From: Octopus vulgaris
Taxonomy: Eukaryota
Length of the DNA: 64,000 nucleotides
Assembly (NCBI GenBank): GCA_951406725.2
Contig: OX597819.1
Span: forward strand, 52,824,001 to 52,888,000
Direction of reading: 5' to 3'
The stretch's first letter is position 1. The number at the start of each line of letters is the position of its first letter. Positions 38,821 to 51,805 of this stretch are shown here, in pieces. The translations under genes and the position numbers were made by a program. Under the pieces are notes generated by a model. It was given only the letters and a program-made list of their open reading frames with translations, did not search any database and was not told the DNA's origin.

Positions 38821-40160
38821 TCAGAAATGACATATTAGGTGATGTACTGCACAGAGACATACAGTTATCTAATAGTTTCCACAATCAAAGTCTGTATGTT
38901 TTGTTCATTTTCGTTTTTTAACTTTATGCATACAGAAACTCCACACTGTCATTTCTGTTTAAGTTTTTCATTTTTCCTATATTTTATTTTCATTTCATTT
39001 CCTTCAATGATGTGGTAGGTTGCCACACTCTAAACTATGAAACTGAGACATAAATTACAATTATCGTATGTATTTTTTAAAAATGTTTCCAAGATGGAAT
39101 AATATAGTTTCAAATGTCAAGAAAGACAATTTCTCTGCAAATGAAATTAATACATTAAATCAACTTTAATATGGAAAGTGTTTGACAGTAACTGCTCTAA
39201 AATAGTTTAATATGAGCAAAGCAACAGTTACAGAATATTTCATGGAAATGATGGAAGCACCAAATAAAAAAAATTTAGAAAAGGTGGATAATGGGAATCA
39301 GAGCCAATATAATTACTGGATCAGCAATAATTTCAAAACACACATCATGCAAGTATAGTAACAGAATGGAAACAATAGAAAAACCTGGAATTTTTTCCTT
39401 TACCTTTTTAGGGTGGTGGCAGAAGTGAATGGAAGATAAAAACCTAATCACTAAAGTACTCACACACACACACTTAATTGGAAGAAGTTATAGAGTGGCT
39501 AAGAGAAGTGAGAGTTTCATTATCTGTCGGTACTTATCAATAAGTGCCAATACATGAAACTCTCAGCCTCTGATTAACTCTTTACCTTCTGTCAATTATT
39601 AATAATAATAATAATATACGTATATATATATATGTGTATACACACAGACACACACATTTTGAGTCCTATTTTCTTGTTTGTATCACCATGGATGGATGGA
39701 TGGGTAGGTAAATAGATAAATGGGTGCATACATGCATGCACACATATATACACATGCATACACACACACATGATAAGCATGCATGTAAATATATATATTA
39801 TCTCCCCTTCAATAAGTAATTGTTTAAAATTTGGTGGTGCTTTTTATTAATAAATCTAATCCTTCAACTTAAACAATATCAATTTGAATGCTAAATCACA
39901 GAACCAATTTAGTGTGTAAATAGGGGTCAAGGAAAAAAAAACTGAATAGAACATTGTCGGTAAGGACTAGATCAGGGCTGGCTCGGTAAAATAACACTGA
40001 CAAATAAAGCCCCAAAGAACTATACAAAACTTCTACAACATAAGTGGTATATTGGTGTGAGATTCATATTCAGGGCATACATATTAAATAATATAAGAAA
40101 CTATTAACTACTAAAACACTAATTTCAAATTGGTTCTATCATTCAAAATATTACATACAA

Positions 40161-40206
<46 letters not shown>

Positions 40207-41104
40207 GCACATTGAAATATAAACATTTATATCCACAAACACATACATATAGATACACAACCCATGAATATCTACCTAAATATCTGTATCCACTAACATA
40301 TATATATATACATACACACACACACAAAATGTTTATGTGTATAAAATCAAATTATTTAATGGTAGATAGTATGAAATATAGTTTCAAATTTCTTCATATA
40401 ATATTGAAATTGAAAGAGAAAGAGGTAGTAAGGTGTGGGGGGTGCACATGAAAATTATTAAAGATATATGGGAGAGATGGTTACAATTTGGAAGTAATAT
40501 TGAACCAATTACTTTCTGGGTTTAATTTACAACTTGAGCACAAATGCATTATTTTTACTGAATACAAAATGAAAAATTTTCCCCAAAATGTTGAAATCTT
40601 GTTAGTTTTAATAAGATTTTGTCATGTATGGAACTTGTAAATATGGGAAAAGAAAAATTAAAATTTCGCAAAAATGGAAATAAATAAATATGGACAATAA
40701 AACAACTACCAAATTGCTTTAAAATTCTGTGTAGAGAATAAGAAATAAGAGAAATAGCTGCAGCTTTAAAAGATAGATACAGAGGGTGCACAAAATTAGT
40801 TTGGCAATTGTCAAGTCGGTAGTGATAGATGTAATTTAGTCAAAAATAGTGAACGGAAACAGTTAACCAAATTGCTGAGGTGAATATTTGCTGTCCAAAG
40901 TGTTATATTCATTTTAAAACTAGAAACTATATTACTGACAGGTTTAAATTAATGTTTTCCCTTCTACTCCTCCATCTCCTCTCAGTTCAATATTCCCAAC
41001 CTCATCCATCAGCTTTCCTCTAACTTCAAACTTTTCCTTCCATCTATTTCTCTTTCCTCTTCTTTCTCTTACCCATGTTTATTTTTATTATTAATCCCTG
41101 CCTA

Positions 41105-41300
41105 AAGGCGGTGAGCTGGCAGAATCGGTAGCATGCCAAACAAAATGTTTAGTGACATTCAGTCCATTTTTGCATTCTGAGTTCAAATGTACCGTTTGTT
41201 CTTTTCGGATCAATAAAGTAAGAACCAGTTAAGTACTGGAGTCAATGTAATTGACTAATCCCTTCCCCCCAAATTTCAGGTCTTGTACCTATAGTAGAAC
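41105..41300 (+). mobile_element. SINE family B
   Basis: aaggcggtgagctggcagaatcg..ttctgagttcaaat..caatgtaattgact..aaatttcaggtcttgtacctatagtaga. Confidence 0.88.
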
Positions 41301-41319
41301 AAATCATTATGCCTTGTTC

Positions 41320-41688
41320 ATGTAGGAGTGGCTGTGTGTTAAGTAGCTTGCTTACAAACCACATGATTCCGGGTTCAGTCTCACTGTGTGGCACCTTGGG
41401 CAAAATGTCTTCTACTATAGCCTCGAGCTGACCAAACCCTCATGAGTGGATTTGGTAGACAGAAACTGAAAGAAGCCTGTCATATATATGTATGTGTCCC
41501 CCCCCCCCACAACATCACTTGACAACCAATGCTGGTGTGTTTATGTCCCCATAACTTAGCGGTTCAGCAAAAGAGACTGCTAGAATAAGTACTAGGCTTA
41601 CAAAGAATAAGTTCCAGGGTCGATTTGCTCAACTAAAGGCAGTGCTCCAGCATGGCCACAGTCAAATGACTGAAAAAAGTAAAGAGTA
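41320..41688 (+). mobile_element. SINE family A, full length (reference copy)
   Basis: tRNA-like A/B boxes (tggctgtgtgttaag, gggttcagtctc), gtggcaccttgggcaa CORE-like box, internal microsatellite, tail ..gctccagcatggccacagtcaaatgactgaaaaaagtaaagagta. Confidence 0.95.
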
Positions 41689-41789
41689 TATAAAAGCTAA
41701 GTCATGTTGTCTAGTATTCCCCATCAGTTGCAGTCTTGATCATATAACTGCTTCATTGGGGCTGACTTAGGACCCAATGAAGTAAGACA

Positions 41790-41987
41790 AAGGAGACATT
41801 GTGTGTGGTCACTCAACTTGCTAAAACATACCAGCCAAATATTCTTGAACTCACACCTTACTGGCTTAAGAACAGATGGCTCTATTCGTAACCTTACAAT
41901 GTTTAAGTCCCTGATATACAAACATGACTAGAACACCTCTGATCAGAGATTTATTCAATCAGATCTTATCTGGGTTCAAACAACTAC
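41790..41987 (+). mobile_element. Repeat family E, decayed
   Basis: gtgtggtcactcaacttgctaaaa..cagccaaat..tcacacc..tgatca..ctgggttcaaacaac. Confidence 0.65.
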
Positions 41988-42709
41988 ACAAAATGAAACA
42001 TAATTCTAAATTCACTGGGCTCTTCAACTGAATTTGAGCCAGACTAACACACAGATACACAGACTTAACAAAATAGCTGTAAAATTAATTTCCATTTTAG
42101 GCTGTACTACTATTCATAAATAAGTCTAAGATATTTTGAGTATCATTATACTGATTGCGACAACAAACTGAGCATACAGAATGAAACTGAAAAATACTGA
42201 GCCTCAAATTCAATTACCACATTTTTTTTAGCATACAAGTCAAATATTTACAGCCAAAAAGACCCAAAAAACAGGTGGGTCTATTTATGCACCTAAACAA
42301 CTTTGGAGGACCAAAAATTCCATATGAAATGCAGCAGGATTTGAAAAAAATAGCAACAATGTTTGAATGTTTACACTACATGTTTAGACTTATATACTAA
42401 GTAGACTTGGATACCGGAAAGTATAGTAAAAAAGAACAGAAATAATTGAAAGCAATTGCTGCAACAGGATGAATATCAAATTGTTTGGAACACGCCGTAA
42501 ATACCATTCTACATCTCAAGCTCCAAAAGCATCTTGTAAAGAATCTGGTGTGTCAAGTGAGGACAATTTCCTTCATAGGCAGATAGAAACCTGCAACTGG
42601 TAATCATGTAATCGAGTACTAACTACTTATGGTTGAGAAGTCAGTGACTAGACTAGCACTATACTGTACTTCCCCAGTGATGAGGGTTGTGTGCACAGCC
42701 AGCAGGATT

Positions 42710-43025
42710 ATCCTCACCATCGTTTAACGTCCACTTTCTATGCTGGCATGAGTTGGATGGTTTGACAGGAGCCAGCCAGGTAGAAGCCTGCACCAGACTT
42801 CTGTGACTGTTTTGCCAGGAATTTTACAGCTGGATACCCTTCCTAACTCCAACCACTCAACAGAGTGGACTTAGATCTTTTTACATGACATAAACACAGG
42901 CAAGGTCAGTTTTGGTAAGGCTTTTACAGCTGGATGCCCTTCCAAATGCCAACCACTTTACAGCATGGATTGGATGCTTTTTAAGTGGCACCTGCACTGG
43001 GATGCTTTTAAGTGGCACCTGCACT
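42710..43025 (-). mobile_element. Repeat family C with internal tandem duplications
   Basis: catcgtttaacgtccactttctatgctggcatg; the ttttacagctggat.cccttcc.aa..ccaaccact block occurs twice, and ggatgcttttaagtggcacctgcact occurs twice. Confidence 0.85.
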
Positions 43026-43164
43026 CAATAAATTTATTAAAGCCAAGTGAGTTCCTTGAGGGTCAGCAGCACCCATATCTCAAAAAAAAAAGATTGCTGC
43101 CATCAAGAACACTATGCTCTATGAGACACTTGAATGGCAAGTTAGACTAATATTTAATTCTGTA

Positions 43165-43470
43165 CTGGACGGATCAGAGCATGGGTCATTAAAAAATAAC
43201 TGAAAACTAAGGAAAATGGGGAAAAGATTCAAGTATTCTAATGACAAAAAAATGCAATGGGAATAACTAAACTGAAAATTGACTCATGACCTGACTGGGG
43301 CAAAGTGTGTTTCTTACTTAACGTGTGGGTAGCTCCTAAGCATGGTATCTGCAACCAGAATGCTATGGGTGTGTACAGAGAGGGACTAAACAGGAGATAA
43401 AGAACACCAACTGTTCCATTATGCGACTACCTGTGAAAATAGGGTGGACAATATTATTGGGAGGAAACGG
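43165..43470 (+). mobile_element. Highly decayed RTE-like LINE fragment
   Basis: VLDGSEHGSLK (cf. LYGSETW) and ECYGCVQR (cf. RWYGHVxR) at the expected spacing. Confidence 0.35.
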
Positions 43471-44121
43471 TAAGATGCTTCACTATGCACTGCAACTAAA
43501 TACTGACTGAAATATGATTTGCATTCATTTAATTTCCCCTCAGAGAGGAAGAAGAGGATGGGGGCAGTGAATATGTAATGGCAGAGTATAGGAGACGGAA
43601 GGGAAGAAGGGAAGGTGTCATGGAATGTGTACAGTTTATATAATTCATGAATATTGATTTTTATGCAGCTTCTTGAAGGCAGTGCAACATGAAAAAAAAA
43701 CGTTTTTTTGTTTGGTGTTTTTCTCCTTTTTACTCTCCCACTATCTTCCTCTGCTCTCTTCTCCTTCTTTTTCTTGTCCTTCTTCTTTCTCCATGCAGTT
43801 TATTTACACTGCCTTAGGAAAACATATTAGCATGATTTAATGACAAAATTATAACTATTTCTCCAATTTGATATCTCCAAGTCATTCAGAAAATTGACTC
43901 CTAATTTTTAATCAACTACAAGAATAAAATGAAGAGGAAAATATACAATCCAAACAGAGAGAGAGAGACAGAGAGAGAAAGAGAAGCTATATACCACAGC
44001 CATATATGCACAATCATGCATATTTCATGTATGCATTTACGTAACATCTATCTGTCAATCTATTGAAAGATATATATACAAGCACAAGCATATATGTGCA
44101 GGCACATACACACAAGTGTGC

Positions 44122-44159
<38 letters not shown>

Positions 44160-44532
44160 CAGTGCTTGTAATTCTTTCACATGAGTACCTGTCTGAAAGA
44201 CTATTCAAGATTTCATGCACATGAAGCCAAGTGGACATATTTCCAATGAAATTATTATGCAATCTGCAGGGCATTTAGCTGGAGAAAGAAGAGCATTGTC
44301 ATGAATTATGGAAAATGCTGCTGCTTTTACATTTCGTCTTCAACTCAAAGAAGGCTTATTTAAACCCCTTTGTTAACTGAATGGTATTATACATAGATCC
44401 AAAAATACAAATAACATAGGAAAAATAGCAACTTAAATGTTTTCACCATCCCTCCCTCCTCTCTCTCTCTCTCTTGTTTCTCATCTAACGGAACTGTATA
44501 ATTAAAATTACTAAGACCGAGTAGTGTAATAA

Positions 44533-44726
44533 TACCTTCTAATTTTGGCACAAGATCAGTAATTTTGAGGGAGAAGCTGATTACATCAAGCCTAGTGCTC
44601 AACTGACAATCTATGAAAGGATGAAAGGCAGTGTTGACCTTGGTGGAATTTGAACTCAGAAGGTAGAGAGCCAGGAGAACTGATGCATGTCGAGTGCATT
44701 AACAATTCTCCCAGCTCAACCACCTT
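44533..44726 (-). mobile_element. SINE family B
   Basis: aattttggcacaag..gaaaggatgaaaggcagtgttgaccttggtggaatttgaactcagaa..ttctcccagctca. Confidence 0.85.
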
Positions 44727-45654
44727 TGAGCAGTGTAATGATTAAGGTGCCTTTACATGGTTGATTCACTCTCCCTTCCAACCAATAGGTCAGCAGTGGA
44801 CAAGCAAACACATGACCCTTTTTTACAGTCTCAAACACTAGTGGGAAGAAAACAATTATGTTCAGACAAGAGACCTGGTCTAAAAGAATGAGCTTGATTA
44901 AAACTACTCTAACAATAAGTACTGTGCTTAAAGTTCCCCTCTAACAGGAATCAGTAGTTTCTATTCACTAAATTCCACTCACACAGGGATTGGTCAAAGC
45001 TATAAAAAGAAGCCAAACGGTTTCAAATCACACTCTACCATCTTTAAAATGGAAGGACAAACTATATAATGTCATCCTAGATACAAAATGTTTGAAAGTA
45101 TGACATGAAAGTCATAGCCTGAATAGCCTTAGATGATACATTCTATTGTAACAGAGCTTGCCCCGGGAACTAAACAATAACAAAAAATTGAATCAAAGCT
45201 GAAGAGGATGATAAAACCAAAAGGTAGAAACATGTGAAATTGAGATAAGGTCATAAATTTGTAGGACAAAGAAATAGTTGAAAAATAAAAACCATTCACT
45301 GTACTTTACAGGTTCAAAATGTATCAACACTAAAAGAATGAACAGCAAAGTCAAACAGTAGAATTAAAACTCATACCAACTGTACAAAAATAAAATTAAA
45401 TTCTGTTTTTCCACTGTGTTCATAAAAAATAAAAGGCAAGACATTTATGACTTCTAAATGTTACAGAATAATAAATTAGAAATGAAGCTGCTAGTTTATA
45501 TGAATTCTAATGAATACAGACAATATTTCAATATTTTATTTTCACAAACAAAACCTATGGTAACAAAACTGTATTAGTTATTACAAAGTCGAGAGATCAA
45601 ACCTAGCTATAGTAGACAGTAATTTGTTACACTTTTAATTAAAATAAACAAAGT

Positions 45655-45990
45655 AGTGAAGTACAAGAAGTTTGTTTCCTCAACTACATAGTTCTAGCTT
45701 CAGTCCCACTGTGTGATGTCTTGAACAACTGTCTCCTGCTATAGCCTCAGGCAAGTGTCTTCTGCTAGAGCCTCAGGCCAACCAAAGCCTTGTGATTTCC
45801 AAGATGTAAACTGAAAGAAGTCCACTGCGCGCGCGTGCGTGTCACCACTGCTTGAGAACCACTGTTAGTGGTATTTAAATCCCTGTAATGTAGCAGTTCA
45901 ATAAAAGAAACTGACAGAATAAGCACCAGGCTTTAAAAAATGTATTAGGATTGATTCCTTCAACTAAAATTCTTCAAGTCAGTAAAGACA
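45655..45990 (+). mobile_element. SINE family A, decayed, with an internal ~26-bp tandem duplication
   Basis: tgtctcctgctatagcctcaggcaag followed by tgtcttctgctagagcctcaggcc; downstream A body motifs present. Confidence 0.8.
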
Positions 45991-46689
45991 AAAAAAATAT
46001 CTATACAAGGATGGGCTTAACTAAAACAAACAAAGCAAGAGAGACAATTCAAAGTCAATTTGTTTGTGTTTTTTGAAACAAGTTGATTCCCTAGAATCAG
46101 TTAGCTTACGAGAGAAATTAACAAAAAGCAAAAGAAAAAAAAAACATTTAATTCCTAATGGCAAGGTAATGGTGGAGTAACCAATTGTCTCTAGAACTGT
46201 TAGATAATGTTTAAGAAGGACCACTGGATAACAAGACATAATAAAATATTATTTCATCATAGATTTGCTCTATCAGAGTTTGCCCCAGAACTAAACAACA
46301 ACAAAGGATTGATTCAAAGCTGAAGAGCTATACAAAAACCACAAGGTAGAAACATGTGAAAATTGTTCAAGATCCTAAATACATAAGGTAAATACATAGT
46401 TGAAGAAATCATTCCCTTGTACTTTACAGATTCTTATTGAATCACCCCAAAAGAATGAATGGTAAAGTCAAACATTTTTCCCCCTTATTAGTTAATACAG
46501 TCAGTAAAAACCAAACCTGTCAATAAACTATCACACATCCCTGTTGTTTAACTAAAAGAGAGAGGCTTACTTTGTGCTTCCGCCTTTCTACTATTCTTTT
46601 GCTCATGCTTGACTCTTCGCCTGATTAAGCAACATCATATTAAAATAAATATTTTGCTTTTTAAAAGAGTACCAATCCACCCATCTTTA

Positions 46690-47030
46690 CCACCTTTTAT
46701 TCCTGGAAGAGTCATAGATAAAGTCCTAAGGCAACTCCTCCAAAGAGTCCTATCAGAAGCACCCATCGCTTTTCAGTTGGATTCCCAGGCATGACCAACT
46801 GAGACTATGACTATTATCCAAGCATTTCATTCTTGATCTAACCCTAAATTTCCTGCCAGTTGACTCACCTTGAAGAATCCATCTTGCAATTCTTCCCTGT
46901 GATATTTTCATCACATATCCATAGACTCAGAGCTACGACCTGTGTTTGGACTCCCTGATCTCCAAGCTTTGCACCCTGTCAAGTAACATTACTATAGAGA
47001 TCCTTCAGAAGAACTCCATTTTAGCTATGC
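46690..47030 (-). mobile_element. RTE-clade (Expander/Rex3-like) LINE C-terminal remnant
   Basis: Minus-strand translation AKMEFF*RISIVMLLDRVQSLEIRES..YGYVMKISQGRIARWILQGESTGRKFRVRSRMKCLDNSHSLSWSCLGIQ/ASDRTLWRSCLRTL matches AEMxFLRR..DRVRS..IRE..WFGHV..GxRPRGRPRxRWxD..LxWxRLGI..DRxxW. Confidence 0.82.
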
Positions 47031-47217
47031 GCATTAAAAGTGAAAACTAGAAAACTAACCCTCAATAAGGGTCAGAAGCATTAGTTGACCAGTGCACTAT
47101 AATCAGTTCTGCCAGGAGACTGTATGTTTAGAATAAAAGACAAGCAATGCCACCAACAAACATATCAATTTCACAAACAGCTAAAAACTACAACACACTC
47201 TTCAGCAAATAATGATG

Positions 47218-47244
<27 letters not shown>

Positions 47245-47249
<5 letters not shown>

Positions 47250-47995
47250 AATCCTTTCTACTATAGGCACAAGATCTGAAATTTTGGGGCAGGGGGCTGG
47301 TCAATTGCATCGATCCCAGTATGTAACTGGTACTTATTTCATCAACCCCTGAAAGGGTGAAAGGCAAAGTTAGCCTAGTAGAATTTGAACACAAACATAC
47401 AAATGACTGAAATGGTGCTAAGCATTTTACCCAGCATGCCAACCATTCTGCCAGCTCACCACCTAATAATAATAATAATAATGAGGAGAAGGAGAAGAAG
47501 AATCCTGTCTACTTTAAGCACAGGACCTGTAATTTTGAGAGAGGGTTAGCTGATTATATCAACCCCTCCAGAGTTTGACTGGTACTTATTCTATTGGCCC
47601 CGAAAGGATGACAGGCAAAGTTGATCTTAGCAGAATTTGAACTCAGAATGTAAAGGATCAGAAGAAATGTCACTAAGTGCTTTGTCTGATGTAATAAAAG
47701 TCTCAAATTTTGGCACAAGGCCAGCAGATTTTGCCGGAAGGGGGAAGTCAACTACATTAACTCCCCAGTACTTGACTGGCACCTATTTTATTGGTACTTA
47801 TTTTATCAACTCCAAAAGGATGAAAGGCAAAGTCAACCTTGGTGAAATTTGAATATAAAGAGCTAAAAGGAATATCACTAAGTGCCTTGTCTGATGTAAT
47901 AACAACAACATTAATTCTTTCCAATTCTGGTACAAGGCCAGCAATTTTAGAGGGAGGGGGGATCACTTGATTATATCAACCTCAGTACTTGACTG
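47245..47995 (-). mobile_element. Four tandem family B SINE copies (~47245-47463, 47500-47695, 47700-47900, 47915-47995)
   Basis: The ggcacaag, ctggtacttatt and aaagg.tga.aggcaaagt blocks repeat; the last copy is only a 3' tail. Confidence 0.88.
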
Positions 47996-48212
47996 AGTGA
48001 TGATGGCACATTCTCTTTCACACAAAAGCATTGAAGAGCCTCATAAAAATTGCAACCAAACCTCCCTCAATTCCAAAGGCAGGAGACACTGGATGACTGG
48101 AACAAGTAAAAGGAGAAAAACAGTAACTTGGAGATTACATAAACAAATATATTAATCAGATAATTTGAATATGTTGCCGCAAATCTATTATTAATCTTTG
48201 TCAAATGAATAA

Positions 48213-48588
48213 ACTCTTCTTTTACTTGTTTCAGTCTTTGGCTTCTGGCCATGCTGGAGTATCATCAATCACCCTGGAAGGCTCAGTTGATCAAATCGAC
48301 TCTAGTTCTTATTTTAAGTTTAGTATGTATTCTATCATTCTGTTTTTGTTGAACTGCTAAGTTATAGGGGTGCAAACAAGCCTATACAAGCTGCCAAGCA
48401 ATGAAGAGAAATACACACACACACACACACACACAACTTCCACACAGTTTCCATTCACCAAATTCATTCACAAGGCATTGGTCAGCCTAGGGCTATAGAA
48501 GACACTTGCCCAAGACACCATGCTACAGGACTGCACTCAAAACCATGCAATTATGGAGAAAATTTCTTAAGCACACAGCCATGTTTGC
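48213..48588 (-). mobile_element. SINE family A, decayed full length
   Basis: ttttacttgtttcagtc..tggccatgctggag..cacaaggcattggtcagcctagggctatagaagacacttgcccaag..cacacagccatg. Confidence 0.85.
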
Positions 48589-50721
48589 ACCATCTTCCCT
48601 TTTTGTTGTTGTACTTGTCTACTTAAATGCAAAAGCTTTTTACAAAATTTTAAATAATGAAACACTTATTCCTTTTGCATCTCTTCAAAACGGATCCTAT
48701 TTTCTTTAATGAAGTAGCATCAGAAGGTTTTACCTCTTAAGATTTTAATGGCTCATAGAAAATTCTCTTTTTATGCTATTTAAGATAAAATGCTCATCTC
48801 TACTGGACAATTTGAATTTCAAAACTTTAACCATGCATCTGTATGAATGTGTGTATATGCACATAAGCACATATGCATGTGTGCTTTATGTACATATGTA
48901 AGTACAAGAGATGTTCTTTTCTTTTTCTCATTTTCTGTCCCAAACAACAATGCATGGTCCATTGAACTTATAAATTATGCACATTTTAATTACACATTCA
49001 CCTAATATTCTTTGCTTTTTATGGGTATGATTGCACTTTGTATATAAAATGATTAAAATAAAATGTCCATTAAAAATTCATTTAATAAGCTTAATAACAA
49101 ATAATTTACAGTGATAAGGCAATTTATCTGTTTATTTACAGCAAAGAAAGAGCAGGTAAAGTGGGGTGAAAGAGAAGAGCTGGGTAGATGTAAAGATTCA
49201 TTACAACAAATAAAAACAATTCAAATCTTATGTGGGGGAGGGGGAGTTCTATTACCTCTTCTCTTTTGCTTTCTCTCTCTCTCTTTCATTTTCTTTTCTT
49301 TTTTTTTAAGATTAAATAGCAAATTAATTGACAACAGTTTATTAAGGAAAACTTTACATAAGCTAATCTGCACCATAAACCTAGCTTCTGAACTGCATTT
49401 CTATGCAATCGTTTGAGATCTACTTGATCTTTCAAGAGTTGAGTAGGAAACCAAAGTAGTAGAACTATTTAGGTTCAATAGCTGCCATTAATTTTAAAAT
49501 ATATATTTAAATAGATAATAATAATAATAATAAGACCAAAACAAATGAATAACAGAAAACAATCCAAACAACAATGATAACAGTAGCAATATATAGTAAT
49601 GAGAAAATGAAGTAAAAAAAAAATTACAAAAGAAAGCATAAAAAGAAAGAAAAAGAATGAACCAGATAAATATATAATATAAATTAGAATTTAAAAAAAA
49701 CAAAAACAAGTGAAAGCAAGAGAAAATACACAGGAAAATTAATAGAGTTATGATGATGATGATATTGGAAAAGAGAAAGAGAGAGACGGGGAGGAAAGAG
49801 AGAGAGAGAGATGAATTTTAAAAAGCTGGAGAGAAAAGCTGAAGAGACCGAGAGAAGAGTAGTAATTCATTTGTCTGTGTAGTACACGGCCAGCTTGGTC
49901 ACCTACACACAGCCAAATATGTCTAAGTTGTTCACTGATCATAAGTATACGGCTGCCACACCGCCCCGCACTCATGTGCACAATATTTCGACATGCACAC
50001 AAACTACAGATAAGCAATCTATTATATTAAGATAACATTTAAAAAACCATACATACTCACATACGACAACGATAACCACAACAACAACAACAATAATAAT
50101 GATAATAATAATAGAAATAATAATAGTAATAATAATAACATATCTTTTTCAAAAATGTAGAAATATAAAGAAAAAGTGTTTCAATAAAAGAAGAAAATAC
50201 CAGCAATATAAAAAGAATTATAATAAATAAATAAAAGCATAAAGAAAATATTCTGAGACAGGAAACATTTAAGTAGAAAAAGATATAAACATTAGATTAG
50301 AACAGATTGGTGTAGGAGAGATGTAGGGAGGAGGTATAGTTGGTTAGTTAGTTGGTTCAATGGTTGATTGGAGTGGCAAAGGGAGAGGATAGTGAGGGAG
50401 GTTAGTGGTGCTGGTACTGGTGTTAATGTTGTTGTTGTTGCTGTTGTTGTTGTTGTTGCGGGGTTGTGGTGGCATTGGTGTAGTAAAGGGGAAGCAAGCG
50501 AGGGGAGGCGGGACGGGACGGCAGGGTTAGGGGTGTGAGGCGGGGTGGGGTGGTAGGGTAGGGGTTGGCATGCAAAGTAAAAAGAATCTGATGAATAAAA
50601 TGTCAAGATGAAATCAATAGAAGCAGACATTGAATAAAAACAAAATGTGAAAGGTAAGGATGCCTAGAGTGAATTGCTGGGAATCAGAATAATGAGGAGA
50701 GAGAGACACAGAACGAGAGAG

Positions 50722-50759
<38 letters not shown>

Positions 50760-50909
50760 AAGAGAGAAAAAAAAAATGAGAGGAATATAAAAAAAAATCA
50801 ACCAAAACAAGGAAATAAAATTTACACACATAAATAAGCACACACACACACATTATTACTATCATCATCATCACTATGATGATGATCATCATCATTATTA
50901 TGACAGTGG

Positions 50910-50941
<32 letters not shown>

Positions 50942-51125
50942 GTTCTCATTGTTATTATTATCACTGTGGTATTATTATCATTATTAATGTTGTTGCTATT
51001 ATTATTGTCATTATTATTATTATTAATGAAAGAAAAGACAAAAATTTCTTAAGATTTATTGTTAATTTGTCAATGGAATAATAATAACAACAGCAACAAA
51101 AACAACAATTACAACAATAGCAAAG

Positions 51126-51156
<31 letters not shown>

Positions 51157-51805
51157 TAACACTCCTCAAAAGAAATGGGAAGGAAAAAAAAGAAGAAAAG
51201 AAAAACACACCAAGCAATAAATAAACAAATAAAAAAATCTTGCAGTTTTCTGATAAATTCAGCTCAACCTGTCAACAATTCAGAAATACTTAGCAAACAA
51301 GAAAAACTTTAAAAAAAACTGTCTTATGTTTTACTTGTATATATTTGCATAGGATTAAAAAGAGAAGAAAAAGAAAGAAAAAAGCAATCAAATAAAAATG
51401 GTGGTGGTGTTGTTGTTGTTATTGGTGGTGGTGGTGGTTGTAATGATGATGAAGATAGTTGATTGGTAAATCATTAAGCTATGCCTTTATAAGAAATACT
51501 TAAGAAACAAGGAGGTTGGGAGGGGAATAATGATATAGAAATAAATCTATATTTCTATATTTTTCGTTTTACTTCATTTTTATCAATTGGAATTAAAGAC
51601 CAATACCATTTATAAATTTTAATATTAAGTTGCTTTACCACCCACCTCCTAACAATTGCAAGTTAGTACAACTATCTCAAAGTGAATACTGAGATCTCAC
51701 TCCCTTTTTTATGTATGCACACACACACACAGTACAGATACAAAAATTAAGGTTAGCAATGAAAAAAAGCTCAGCTCCAGATAAACCCTACTATATATAT
51801 ATATT

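Noticed and set aside
41320-41400. tRNA genes at SINE heads (also 51806, 17220-17290 and the fragment at 23360-23410)
   Set aside because: A/B-box-like words are present, but no complete cloverleaf. In the SINE copies the head continues directly into the body.
50523-50533. Telomeric TTAGGG
   Set aside because: A single unit inside a G-rich patch; no tandem array.
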